From: Chiloscyllium plagiosum
Lineage: Eukaryota
Length of the DNA stretch: 64,000 nucleotides
Direction of reading: 5' to 3'
Assembly (NCBI RefSeq): GCF_004010195.1
Contig: NC_057719.1
Location: 34,236,807 to 34,300,806 of the forward strand
Part shown: positions 37,831 to 49,728 of the stretch, piece after piece
Numbering within the stretch: the first letter of the stretch is position 1
Layout of the letters: each line of letters starts with the position of its first letter
Position numbers and translations under genes: made by a program
Notes under the pieces: generated by a model
Told to the model about the DNA's origin: nothing
The model's input: the letters and a program-made list of their open reading frames with translations, nothing else
Database searches by the model: none

Positions 37831-40800
37831 GTTTTTGTTATTTCATTTTTTTTCTATTATTAGAGTACCATAAAAGAAAGCCCCACTAACATCACAAATG
37901 CCACATCAGCCCTTTTTACTGGTCCTTGCATTTTTGGCACTTCTGCTTACTTTGTTCTTAACCATTTTTCAAACTTGGCAATGAATATCAAGGCATTTAC
38001 TATGCTTTGTGGTGAAAAAAATGTTGTTTGTTTCGTAATGAAAGAAAAGATTGTATCAACTAATAATAGTTACCTTCCTTGTTTAAAGAAACTGATCATC
38101 AATTACACAACTGCATAATGCTTACAGACAGAAAAGTTATTGACACATTGTCATAGATATAGCTGTAATGATCCATTGCATGATCATAAAATTCCTTGCT
38201 CTTAAGCAATATCCATAACCTCACCCGTGTCTTAGTGTAAAAGTCTGCCTGACTAATGTAAAAGTGCTTTGGGAACAATTAACAGTATTTATACATCAAT
38301 ATACTGAAGACAAAAACTGTGCAAGGAATACATTTATCTTGTATGTAGAAGTACCGTTAGGTATTTGCTTTGGTCGAAGAAGGATAAGAAAATCTGGGAG
38401 AATGAGAAGTTTGTATTGAAGAACCTATTATTCCCACCAATGTACACATATAAATGTTTTAAAGTTGTATGAAAACAAGGGTTTATTGTTATACATCAGC
38501 CTCATTCAAGCAAGATTATTTACAATTACAGCAGGAAGATATTGGCTACATGAACTCAAAAAATGCGTGCATTCAGCAGACTAGAAAATTGATTTAAAGT
38601 TTCAAAGATCACAACCATTACATTCACACAAAAAATCCTGATCTTTTCTTGCATGACTATCCCTGAAGTGTGTGATAATGAAGATTCCTTGCTTTCCCAT
38701 TCAAATTTTTGATCTGGGACCAACATGGCACTCATCAAACATAAACAGAAGGGAGAGGAATTTATAATAATTTCACTTCAGCTTGTACCCTTCAGAAGTA
38801 AAGACGTATTTTAAAAATATTACCATTGCACGTAATAGTTTCCATTTGATTGGAATCAATATTAGATGATGTGCACAATCTCTGTTATTTTGGTTTGAAT
38901 GATCATATTTATGGCTGTACTTTATCCTACAGTAGCGTCTGTGAATTTAAATCTGACACAAATCAGGAATGTCTTAAAAATGGAAAATTCTGTTAATATT
39001 CAACAGATCTGGAAGTGTCTGTAGAGTGAGAAACAGAATTTGTTTTGTCTAGTTTGGACTCTGTCTAGGTGAGCAACAGTTCAATGAGTTAAAATTGAGC
39101 CCAAGGTTTTAGAAATGTGCTGATGTTGTGAAAAGCCCAATATAAATGCAAGTCTTTCTTTTTTATTAATGTTATGAAATGAAGAATATTGATTCAGTTG
39201 TTCATTATGCTTCTCCCTTCATTTTCACTTCTGTTAAAATGAATGGAAATAAAATCTATGAGACATGGAATGGACCTAATGGATAATAGTAGTTTAATTA
39301 TATCATGCAATGACAAGCTAAGCCACGTTGCCTGGCAAGGGAAGATTAATTAACAAATGAATAAATAGTCCACATTTTAATCTAATAGCTGCAGGTATCA
39401 GGTGAATTAATTAAGTTAATGTTATTGTCAGGAAAGAACATGGTGATAATTTAAACTAATTAGAGAAGCTACAAATAAAAGCACTAATGTGAACACTGAT
39501 GGCAAAACATGGCATTTGTTTTCAAAGAATCATGCAACTCAGAAGAAAGCTATTGAGCTCATCATGTCTGTATTGGCTCTTTGAAGAACTATTCAATTAA
39601 TACCACTCCCCTGGTCTGAACCCACAGCCCTCCAGATTTCTCCTCAAGCATAAATCCAATTCTACTTTCGACGTTCTTATTGCATCTACTTCCGCCAACA
39701 CTTTGGGCAATACTTTTCATATTCTTAACCATCAGGGCTACTTCAGAAATGTGGGGAGTACTTAAATCCAACAGCTTTTAGCACAGGATATTCAAATTTT
39801 GCACCCTTTTTCACAGCAGTCAGTTGACATATACAGTAATTTAAATGCCCAGTATCACAGCATACACTTTGACAACACCCTATGAAAGGATAAGTAGCGA
39901 AGGTAAGTGTAAGGTTAGGATGCTGGGAAGGTAGGGTGTCTTGGTGCCAGGTAGGTAGGGTGCAAGGCAGATCTTGGGAAGGAGATAAGAGGTAAGAGTT
40001 TTCGGACAGAATGGGGTAAGTGAGCTATCAGGCCCAGCGTATGGAGGGGATTTGGTTCCATTAGAGGGGTCAGGTCCTGAGAAGAGTGGCGGGTACTGGG
40101 GAAGAGGAGGGATGGCAGGGCCGGTGATAGGAAAAGTTTCAGGAATAGCAGCAAGAGAGTGCGGTGAATCCCAGAAAATGTTGTGTCTGGATGGAGGAAG
40201 GGGTGGGGGAGGTGGGGGGAGGGGGGGTGTTGATGAGGTGTTGTCAGTTCCTGGGGCAGAGGAAAATTACTTTGGGACAAGATCTGGGACATTTAAGGAG
40301 GAGATGTATGTGATAAATTGGGGGTCTGTTTGATAGTTACCCAAAAATTAAACTAGGTTTTTAATTGTTTAACTTTTCAGGACTAATTAGTTACTTAAGT
40401 GTAACAGAACCTTCTAAATTTTCCAAGTTAAATGGATACTTTGGGAGGGTTCCAGGCACAGCTAAGTTGCCCATGTTCAATTTTCTAGGTAATCCCTTTT
40501 GAGATTGCTACGTCCAGGTTTCTGCAGGGTTCCGATGCGTAATTCCCACCTACATTACAGAGATGACTCTCTGGCCATTAGAAAGTCTGGGAGAGGTCCT
40601 TGTCATCCTGGATAGATTGGTTTTCTGAAAAGAAATGCACTTTGATCAACAGATTATTCTTGAAGGCAAAAGGATGAAGAATAGAATATAACAAAATCTG
40701 ACACTCTCCAATGCTGTCAACTCATAGTCAGCAATGTTGCAAGGAATCCTCTGAGCACTGGTTCCAGCTCAGATAATTGAGGAGATAAAACTGTGGGAAA

Positions 40801-40883
40801 TGTTGGAATTGGAACATCATATCTATAAAGGTGCTCTTGATCCCTCACATCAGTCTCACACTGCATGGCACAAGGTGAGCAAT

Positions 40884-40976
40884 TCCTGATGAAGGGCTTT
40901 TGCCCGAAATGTCGATTTTCCTGCTCCTCAGATGCTGCCTGACCTGCTGTGCTTTTCCAGCACCACTCTGATCTTG
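40884..40976 (+). mobile_element. Short PLE family A insertion starting at the hammerhead (40886-40913)
   Basis: CTGATGA-AGGGC-TTTT-GCCC-GAAA-TGTC. 14-bp TSD acaaggtgagcaat at 40870-40883 and 40977-40990. Confidence 0.88.
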
Positions 40977-41314
40977 ACAAGGTGAGCAATGTCATGTCTC
41001 AACAAGCAGCTCTGAGATGTATCTTCCAGAGCAGAAATATGAATGCTCTGTTGGAGGAGTTAAATGCAGGCACTTCTCCAAAATAATAGTACCTCTCCCA
41101 AAAGAAAAGCCACCCTTTAACACCTCAGAAGATGTAATTACATACTTCCAGTTAGATGTGAGAATGAGGCACTTCTAAGTTATTTTCCGTTATAAAGTAT
41201 GAAAAGCAACAAAGAAATGACAAAACTCGGTGAGACTTTTTAGTTTGTGTCTCCTTTGCTTTTTGTTTCTAACATGAAAGGGGTAGGGGGCAACTGTATT
41301 GATTACTTGAGACC

Positions 41315-42884
41315 ATAATTGACCGGCGAGTGACTCTCTTTAGTATTTCAAGTACACTATTTAAGGAGGTATTTAGCCATATCCCTCTAGAACAACCCTT
41401 GAATCCCCGTGAGGAAGAACCCTACTCACGATGCACCAAGTGCAAATAAATGGAGACTCATGGAGCCTAGAAAATACACACCCTAAAATTATATTAACAA
41501 AACTTTCAAAAACTACATCTACAACAAAACCAACAAACTAAGCCAATTACAACATACAAAACACACCTGATGGGAGACTCTCCCCCCTGCCCACAAGGGG
41601 AACTTACACTATCCACATGCACCTCCATAACACCTTCCAGCTTGAGCTGTGCCCCAAACTCAGGTGAAGGATAAAAGAAAAATAGGTATTATAAACAAAG
41701 AAATTAGAAGTGGGCATTTCAGTCATCCCCACTGATACATTGACCTCAGTTATCACTGGAAAAGAAATCTAACAACACTTTCTGTAATAAAATAATAAAG
41801 AAAAAGAAGTACATGAGGTAGAGAAAAATAGGGAAAAGAAAAGAGAACCATTATTTGTCCATGTTCCCTAGACCATCCGGTCTATTTAAAAGTGTGTAGA
41901 AATTTCCTGGCTTTCTCTGATGAGTCAAATACATGCATGGACCCTTCATGGCTAAAACGTAGCATCGCCAGGTACCCGATGGAATATTGAATATCCAGCT
42001 CTCAGCCTCTTCTTCACCTCATCAAAGGACTTCCTCTTGCAGATCACAGCCGCAGAAAAGTCCTGGAAATACATAATCTTGGATCCTTTGTAAATCAGGG
42101 CCTGTGGATCCTTCCCCAATGATCTGGAGGCTTGCATTACCTTTTGTTTGTCCCTGTAGGACTGGATTCACACTAGGGCCTGAGCACCGCCACCCGGCGA
42201 GCTCTCTCAATTTGCATCCAGCCCACCTCGGCCTCCTAGCCCAGAAGGTATGGCAGCCATTCTTCGAAAAACCTGGCTGGCTGATTGCCTTCCTCTTGCT
42301 CCGACAGCCAGACCACCCAGGTGTTTTTTCTTCAATCTCGATTTTCGAGGTCGTCGACCTGCTATACTAAGGCCCGTACCTGCTTTTCCAGAGCCAGGAT
42401 CCGTCCCACCGAGAACTCGACCATGGTCTCTGACGTCGTGGGTCCACCGTTCGACCTCCTCCAATCGCTTTCTGAGACTCTCCAGCTCCTGCTCATGCTT
42501 TCACAGCATGGCCGAGATCAGTTACAGCCTTGTGCGATTCTCTTCAATCAATGCTTCAAGCTTCTCCCAGAGTTTCACGAACTCTGCAGCCTAGCCTTAT
42601 TAAGTAGATGAGTCCATTGGGATTTCAGCGGAGGCTGAAGTTGCGGGCATGGGCGAGTCCGATGCTGCCGGGGAATGTCCTACCTGTTGTGACTTATTCA
42701 GTCCTTTGCATCTGGTCACCTTCCCTTACAAGAAAAAACGGTATGTAGCAATTCTATTAATGTTAAACTATTGATGTTCTCCAAAATAACTTAGATGGGG
42801 AGGGTAAAAGCACCACTTTGCTTGAGTTAATGGTGCAGAGCTCAGCAGGGCAGAGTTGTTAGACTGCCATCATCTTGGATCCCC
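41315..42884 (-). mobile_element. L1-clade LINE: 5' UTR, decayed ORF1, spacer and start of ORF2
   Basis: 5' end ggggatccaagatgatggc. ORF1 pieces VDDLENR..RKN..V..L.E..EG, QIERARR and LIYKGSKIMYFQDFSAAVICKRKSFDEVKKRL (L1 ORF1p RRM/CTD). Likely ORF2 ATG at 41380. Confidence 0.85.
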
Positions 42885-43014
42885 ACAATCAACATTGTTT
42901 AAGTTGAAAAGTTGCTATTATGCATTTGAAAAAGAAGAAAACAGTGCTTGTGAATCTAACGTCGTGGTCTGAAATGACTTGAATGTACACAATGCGTCAA
43001 AATAAAATGGTCTT

Positions 43015-43360
43015 TTTTAAAAATTCATTTGTGGGATGTGAGTATGTGGCTGGCCAGCATTTATTGCCCATCCCTAGTTGCCCTTGATAAGATGGTAATG
43101 AGGTTCCTTCTGGAATCGCTGCAGTCCACCTGCTGTAGGTGATCCACAAAGCCATTAGGGAATGAATTCCACAATTTTGATCCAGTGTTGGTGAAGGAAT
43201 GGTGATATATTCCCAAGTCAGGATGGTGAATAAGTTGGAGAGGATCTTGAAGGTGATGATGTTCCCATGTATCTGCTGATCATGTCCTTCTAGATGGAAG
43301 TGATCGTGGGTTTGGAAGGTGCTGTCTGAAGATCTTTGGTGAATTTCTGCAGTACATATT
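43015..43360 (-). mobile_element. CR1/L2-group LINE 3' tail
   Basis: attcatttgtgggatgtg...ggccagcatttattgcccatccct...cccaagtcaggatggtg. Confidence 0.8.
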
Positions 43361-44677
43361 TTTCAAATGTCCACTCAAATAGATTTTTAAATGTGTGCGT
43401 GCATCATTTACATTTTGAAAATCTCCAGTTTCCATTGCATAGCTCTTGAAGATGAGTAATGTGTGAGTGGCTATCAAGGTTACATAGGAGCATGGAGACT
43501 GTGGGGTCATGGAGAGGACAGATGGGTTGGCAGGGAAAAGAAGAGGATGAATGAGTGTTAGGGAACTTAGAAGACATTGGAGAGCCAGACTCACATTTCC
43601 TGTGCCCAAACAAAAATCTCGATGTTTGCTTTCAATATTTTTCAAGGATTGAGCATAGGTAGTGCAGTGAAATAAAACATTTACTAGACAACAAAATAAG
43701 GATATATTTCCGAATGCATACTGTTTGACCCAGGTACTTATTGTTGATAGGAAAAGGTATGCAGAGTCTATGCAAGCTATTTATTTGGCTTGTAAATCAC
43801 ATTGACTATTCTAAATGGTTACAGAACAAAGGAAAATCTGTTTATACTCTTGGGTTCTGACCACATTAACATTTAATTAGCTGTAATGGGACTTTAAGGG
43901 TATGTGCTTAGTTCTTCATTAGTGATAATCAATTTTAAGCTGGATTCTTTATCACATTATTCTGATCTAAGGGCTTTATAGTGTACTGTTCATGAAAAAA
44001 TGAAAGAGAATTGTGTGGGGTTCAAAGCATTTACGATGTCAGTATCCTCTTACCTAATCCTCCATCTAAAATCCCAGTTCCCCCTCATCCCATGTTCCCT
44101 TCTGATTAACAAGCTGCAGATGCTGTGAATATTGTCTCCTGTTACCATAGACCTATGCTTGTCCCTTTCAATTTTGAAATAAGCGAGAACTGCAACCTAG
44201 CCAAGCAATGGAGTACATGTAAAAAGTAGAATAGCTGGAAGATGATGAAAATAAAACATCAGCATTCAATCACATAGTTACAACTGATCCTGAAACAGAG
44301 TGTACACAAACAACTAGCATAGTATCTCTGTGTGAATACAAAGCCATGGTGGTGAACAAGGTTAATGTTGGTGTCAGGTCGTCAAAGGGTGAGATCACAC
44401 ACAAGTTCTGCTGCAGTGGGCTCAGCTGAGAAATTCAGTGGGATATGATACTGAAGAAGGCTGATGTATATACACAGACCAATGCAGACAATACTTGGTG
44501 TGTTGTAGTCCTATCAGAAAGCCACCTGGGTGAAATGTTAAAGAGCATGGAGACAGCTGGTATTATCTTGAGACAAGGCTTTGTGCAAAACATTAAGTTT
44601 AACTGTTCCACAATGAAAGTGACAGCCAGGTCAATTAGAATTTTGGAATTATATTTGTAATTTAACCATGATCAAGT

Positions 44678-44785
44678 GGGCCTTTATATTGCAGTGGTAG
44701 TGTCACTACTTCTGAGTCCGGAGGCCTAGGTTCAAGCTCCACTTGCCTAGAGATGTGTAATAACAACTCTAAACAGTTTGTTTAT
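44678..44785 (+). mobile_element. Short tRNA-derived SINE-like element
   Basis: ttgcagtggtag (A-box-like), ggttcaagctcc (B box), gatgtgtaataacaactctaaacag. Confidence 0.6.
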
Positions 44786-45084
44786 TAGGTTAGCTAATAA
44801 AATCTTTCCAGGGTTTTATTTTCCCAATTATTCCTGCTGAGAATAGTGTTGGACAATGTGCTTCATAGTGAACAGAAGGCAAATGCAGCAGAAACTTGAA
44901 GTTCAGCCATGTCACAGAGAGTAGCATGTTTCACACTGGGTACTAACATGAATATTCAATAAACAGTGTAAAAAAAATTAATGTTTCTTCCACAATAAAC
45001 AAAAGTCCCCAACTCTCCTGTAGCCATCAACACATGGCAACCAAGAGCAGTGTCAATATTTTTTGCTCTCTGACTAAGCTAGTC

Positions 45085-45667
45085 TCAACAAATAACACAA
45101 ATGAAAATAATGTAGATGATATATTTAGTGCTAGCATGATGCTGGAGCTGCAGGAGATGCAGACAATGATCTTTTGAATACAGAGAGTGAAAGGTAGGAA
45201 CAAAAGTAAACCTAATGTTGTTCTGGGAAGGAGGGAAAGGAGTGAAGGCAGATGTGTAGAGAAATGGATCAGACTTGAACACAGACAACTTTATCCTCTA
45301 TTACGTTTTCACCACCATGCTCTTCTCATCCCACCTACTGTCTGGTTTTCTTGTTCTTGATTACAACAGAGCTGACTCATACTCTGCTATTAACACCTAT
45401 CTGCATCAATACCTCTTCCCTACAGCTGCTAAAATTCGATTTTTCCTTTTGTCTTTGACACCCGTGGTCTCTCAACTCCCTCACCCTCTAATATTGTCTC
45501 AGTCTTTCCTTCTGTTACTCTAGTTCCTCCTACCTTTCTCTACAGCATAATATGCATCACTTTTTTTTATCATTCTGTCAAGTTCTGCAGAAGAATGATA
45601 TTGGACTTGAAAAATTAACTTTGTTTCTCTCTCCGAGATACTGCTAGAATACAGCACTTTCTGTTTA
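45085..45667. mobile_element. Old PLE family C remnant with inverted segment
   Basis: Ends ttctgcagaagaatgatattggacttgaaaaattaactttgtttctctctcc (decayed hammerhead and tail). Confidence 0.5.
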
Positions 45668-46037
45668 ATGCCATTCCTATACTAACTGCTTCATTTCTCG
45701 CAATAATAGCCAGGCCAATGCTTGGTCGGAGAGGGTGAAGGGCCTTCTGGCCCCTGTTTATAGAAATTGGTCAGGAAGTCCTCAATCCAGACTACACCAA
45801 AATTTGGATTCCCAGTCCTGAATACATGCATGGAAACTTAGAACTAAATAGTAACTGCAAACTGCAAACATGATGGATTTCAGATACTTTAGGTGCAGTG
45901 AACTTCAGATATTGTTCATCTGTTTAGCACCTAACAGGGGTGGGGAAGGGGGGAATAAAGGCAAGGAAAATCAAGATAATTATGTCATATTAAAAACAAC
46001 CAAGATGATCCATTAAACAGCAATCCGAGTCATAAAA

Positions 46038-46540
46038 TTATTGTCCTATAATAGTAGTGTTGTCCCAGTCGAACTCATGTTGCTTGTCATCTGAGTGTGT
46101 GGCTACTAAGGATAGCTGGTTGTGTCTTTTCGTGGCTAGTTGGTGTTCATGGATGCGGACCATTAGCTGTCTTCCTGTTTGTCCTATGTAGTGTTTTGTG
46201 CATCCTTGCATGGGATTTTGTACACTACATTGGTTTTGCTCATGTACACTACTATTATAGGACAAGCCAAACAGAGAGCAGCCAGGGAATTCCTAGAGGC
46301 ATGGCACTCATCCACAGATTCAATCAATAAGCACATTGACCTGGACCCAATATACCGGCCACTGCAGCGGACAGCTGGAACTGACAACCGGAAGCGGCAG
46401 GTACAAATCACTATAAATGCCGGAGGAAACATCACAAAAGCGCTTCACAGGAGGCTCCCAAGCACTGAGGATGTCACCGAGACAGGGAACGAAACGTCTG
46501 ATACACAAATTCCCAGCTCGGCGAACAGAACTACAACATC
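46038..46540. mobile_element. Penelope/Poseidon-type PLE 3' end with 5' inversion (family D)
   Basis: Minus strand: KTNVVYKIPC / HYIGQTGRQLMVRIHEH...HEFDWDNTTIIGQ. Plus strand continues TTIIGQAKQRAAREFLEAWHSSTDSINKHIDL (GIY-YIG). Hammerhead motif at 46465-46498. Confidence 0.9.
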
Positions 46541-47584
46541 AATGAACTAAGATAATAATTTATGGTGTCAGACAGAAGAACATTAATCCCATGCAACATT
46601 CCCTGAGTGTCACAAGTGTTGCATTGAAAAAAAGTATCCAACACCAGCTGAAGAACCTTAAATGAATCTTTCTGTCCAAACTTCACCATATACATACTTC
46701 AGTACATCATTAAAACTCAAAATATTGGATGAGAATCTTTTGTTTTATGTCTAGGACTTTAAGTATGATGCCTGATGTGACTTGACTCAAAATGCCGAAC
46801 AAAACTTTGTGGAATAGAATCATTTATTGACAAACAGCAGCACAACATCAAGTCAAATGTAATTTAACTCTTATTTGTGAGAGGCATCGCCATTCGAAGC
46901 AGATGCGGAAATATATTACTGACACAATCTCATTTAGCTACATTTGCAAGGATATCATTAATCCAATTACAAAATCAACTATTGGTGCTTCAACGAAAAG
47001 CAAGGTGACTCTGAACAGAAATTGACAGAAATGAAATCACTATAAATCCAAATGTAATGACAAATTTCACACTGCCTGAGTGTGGACTAGATTTCACTTA
47101 GTGAAAACATGATGGAGCTCTGTCTAATGCCCAAAATGACAGTCGGCTTAATGAGTTTAAATTCACAGTTCTATATTTTGTCTATCACTATGAGGGCTCT
47201 GTGATTAACAGGTTTTATTTGGTGAAATAGTAAAATCATTTAGCATCTCCTTAAGCATCCTGAATGAGGCTCTGGGATCAACTCAGGAGCATTTCTGTCT
47301 TGAGCTGTTTTAATTTCTTTAGTGTCTTCTTTTAATTAATGTATCTAATTGCCATTTGTTATAAACAATATCTTTTGGCTGATTTATTTTATTTGAAGAA
47401 TACAAGAACTATTATCATTTGCATTGAAGGGGAATAGTTTAGCATGGAATGCCTCATTTGCCTGTCCATTCAACAGGGTCTGAGAGGCCAAATAGAACAT
47501 CAAGTGCTTCCCACAAAAGATTTTAAGGGACAAGATGTGATTTGTTCCATGGTCATAATATTGTAACAACAAATAAGACAAGAG

Positions 47585-49728
47585 TAGGTTCCCCTCCTCG
47601 GTAATTAATGATGCCCTCAACTGTGTCTCCTCCATCTCCCATGCTTCTGCCCTCAAACCTCCCCCCCAACAACAATAAGGATACAGTCCCCTTAGTCCTC
47701 ACGTATCACCCCATCAACCTCCAAATCCAACGTATCATCCTCCAATATTTCTACCCCTACGATCTGACCCCACCACCAAAATGATATTTCCTTCCACACC
47801 CCTGTCTGCTTTCTGCAGGGACCATTTATTCTGCAACTCACTTGTCACAGTCATAGAGATGTACAGCATAGAAACAGACCCTTCGGTCCAACTCATCCAT
47901 ACCGACCAGATATCCCAACCCAATCTAGTCCCACCTGCCAACACCTGGCCCATATCCCTCCAAACCCTTCCTATCTAACCAATGTCCTGTACAGCCACAA
48001 CATGACCTCCCAACTCCTGTACTCAATACTCTGACCAATAAAGGAAAGCATATCAAACGCCTTCTTCACTATCCTATCTACCTGCGACTCCACTTTCAAG
48101 GAGCTATGAACCTGTACTCCAAGGTCTCTTTGTTCAGCAACACTCCCTAGGACCTCACCATTAGGTGTATAAGTCCTGCTAAAATTTGCTTTCCCAAAAT
48201 GCAGCACCTCACATTTATCTGAATTAAATTCCACTCCTCAGCTCATTGGTCCATTTGATCATGATCCCATTGTAATCTGAGGTAACCTTCTTCGCTGTCC
48301 ACTGCACCTCCAACTTTGATGTCATCAGCAAACTTACTAACTATATCTCTTATACTCACATCCAACTCATTTATATAAATGACGAAAAGTTGTGGACCCA
48401 GCAACGATCCTTTTGGCACTCCACTGGTCACAGGCCTCCAGTCTGAAAAACAACCCTCCACCACCACCCTCTGTCTTCTACCTTTGAGCCAGTTCTATAT
48501 CCAAATGGCGAGTTCTTCCTTTATTCCGTGAGATCTAACCTTGCCACCCAGTCTCCCATGGGGAACCTTGTCAAATGCCTTACTGAAGTCCATATAGATC
48601 ACATTTACAGCTCTGCCCTCATCAATCCTCTTTGACACTTCTTCAAAAAACTCAATCAACTTTTGAGACAAGATTTCCCACTCATAAAGCCATGTTGACT
48701 ATCCCTAATCAGTCCTTGACTTTCCAAATGCATGTACATCCTGTCCCTTAGGATTCCCTCCAACAACTTGCCCACCATTGAGGTCAGGCTCACTGGTCTA
48801 TAGTTCCCTGGCTTGTCCTTACCACCCTTCTTAAACAGTAGCACCACGTTAGTCAACCTCAAATCTTCCATCACCTCACCTGTGACTATCAATGATACAA
48901 ATATCTCAGTAAGAGACCCAGCAATCACTTCCCCAGCTTCCCACAGAGTTCTAGGGTACTCTACATCAACTCTACATTTTTCACCAACTTCTCCACCACA
49001 CCCGGTACCTTTCTTTGTAACTGCAGGAGGTGTAATAACTGCCCTACACCTCCCCTTTCATCTCCATCAAAAGCCCCAAACAATCCTTCCAGATCTGGCA
49101 GAGATTCACCTGCTCTTCATCCAACCTCATCTATTATATCTGTTGCTCCTGGTGTGGTCGCCTCTGTATCAGGAAGACCAAACGCAGACTTGGGGACAAG
49201 TTGGCAGAGCCTCTGCGCTCTACATGCATTAACCAATCCAGCCTTCCAATTGCCATCCATTTTTATTTCCCCTCCCATTCCATAGTGACATGTCCATCCT
49301 TGGCCTTCTCCACTGTTAGAGTGAGGTACAACATAAACTGGAGGAACAACACCTGATATTTCACCTGGATAGCTTACAGGCGATTTCACCAGCTCCAAAA
49401 TCCCTCCACCCCCAGCCTTATCCCATGTCTAGCACACTCTCTTCTCCTCGCCCTCCTGATCTGTCCTAATCTGTCCATCTTCCCATTCACCTATCCGCTC
49501 CACCCTTCCCACTGACCAATCACAGTAACCCCCTATCTGCATCCACCAATCATGAAACCCCCCTCCTCTATTTACTTCCGGGCTCTCCTCCCCCCTCCCC
49601 AGTCCTGACGCAGGGTTTTGACCCAAAACATTGACTCTCCTCCTCCTCGGATGCTCTCTGGTTTGCTGTGCTCTTCCAACTTCACATCTATTGACTCTGG
49701 CTTCCAGCATCTGTAGTCCTTACTGTCC
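47585..49728 (+). mobile_element. Neptune-type PLE 3' half (RT thumb, Cys linker, GIY-YIG, 3' UTR), split by a CR1
   Basis: PLVLTYHP at ~47690. GTFLCNCRRCNNC and FTCSSSNLIYYICCSWCGRLCIRKTKRRLGDKLAE at ~49005-49210. Decayed hammerhead at ~49605. Confidence 0.85.
47846..48958 (-). mobile_element. HER1/CR1 LINE fragment nested in the PLE
   Basis: NYRPVSLTSMVGKLLE, GVPKGSLLGP, FADD, LHFGKAN. Internal deletion near 47973 relative to the copy at 36872. Confidence 0.93.

Noticed and set aside
39915..40333. Pro-rich and Gly-rich ORFs on both strands
   Set aside because: Low-complexity G/C-skewed tract with few stop codons; no domain.
48813..49232. 139-aa plus-strand ORF
   Set aside because: Antisense CR1 sequence fused to an off-frame PLE segment.
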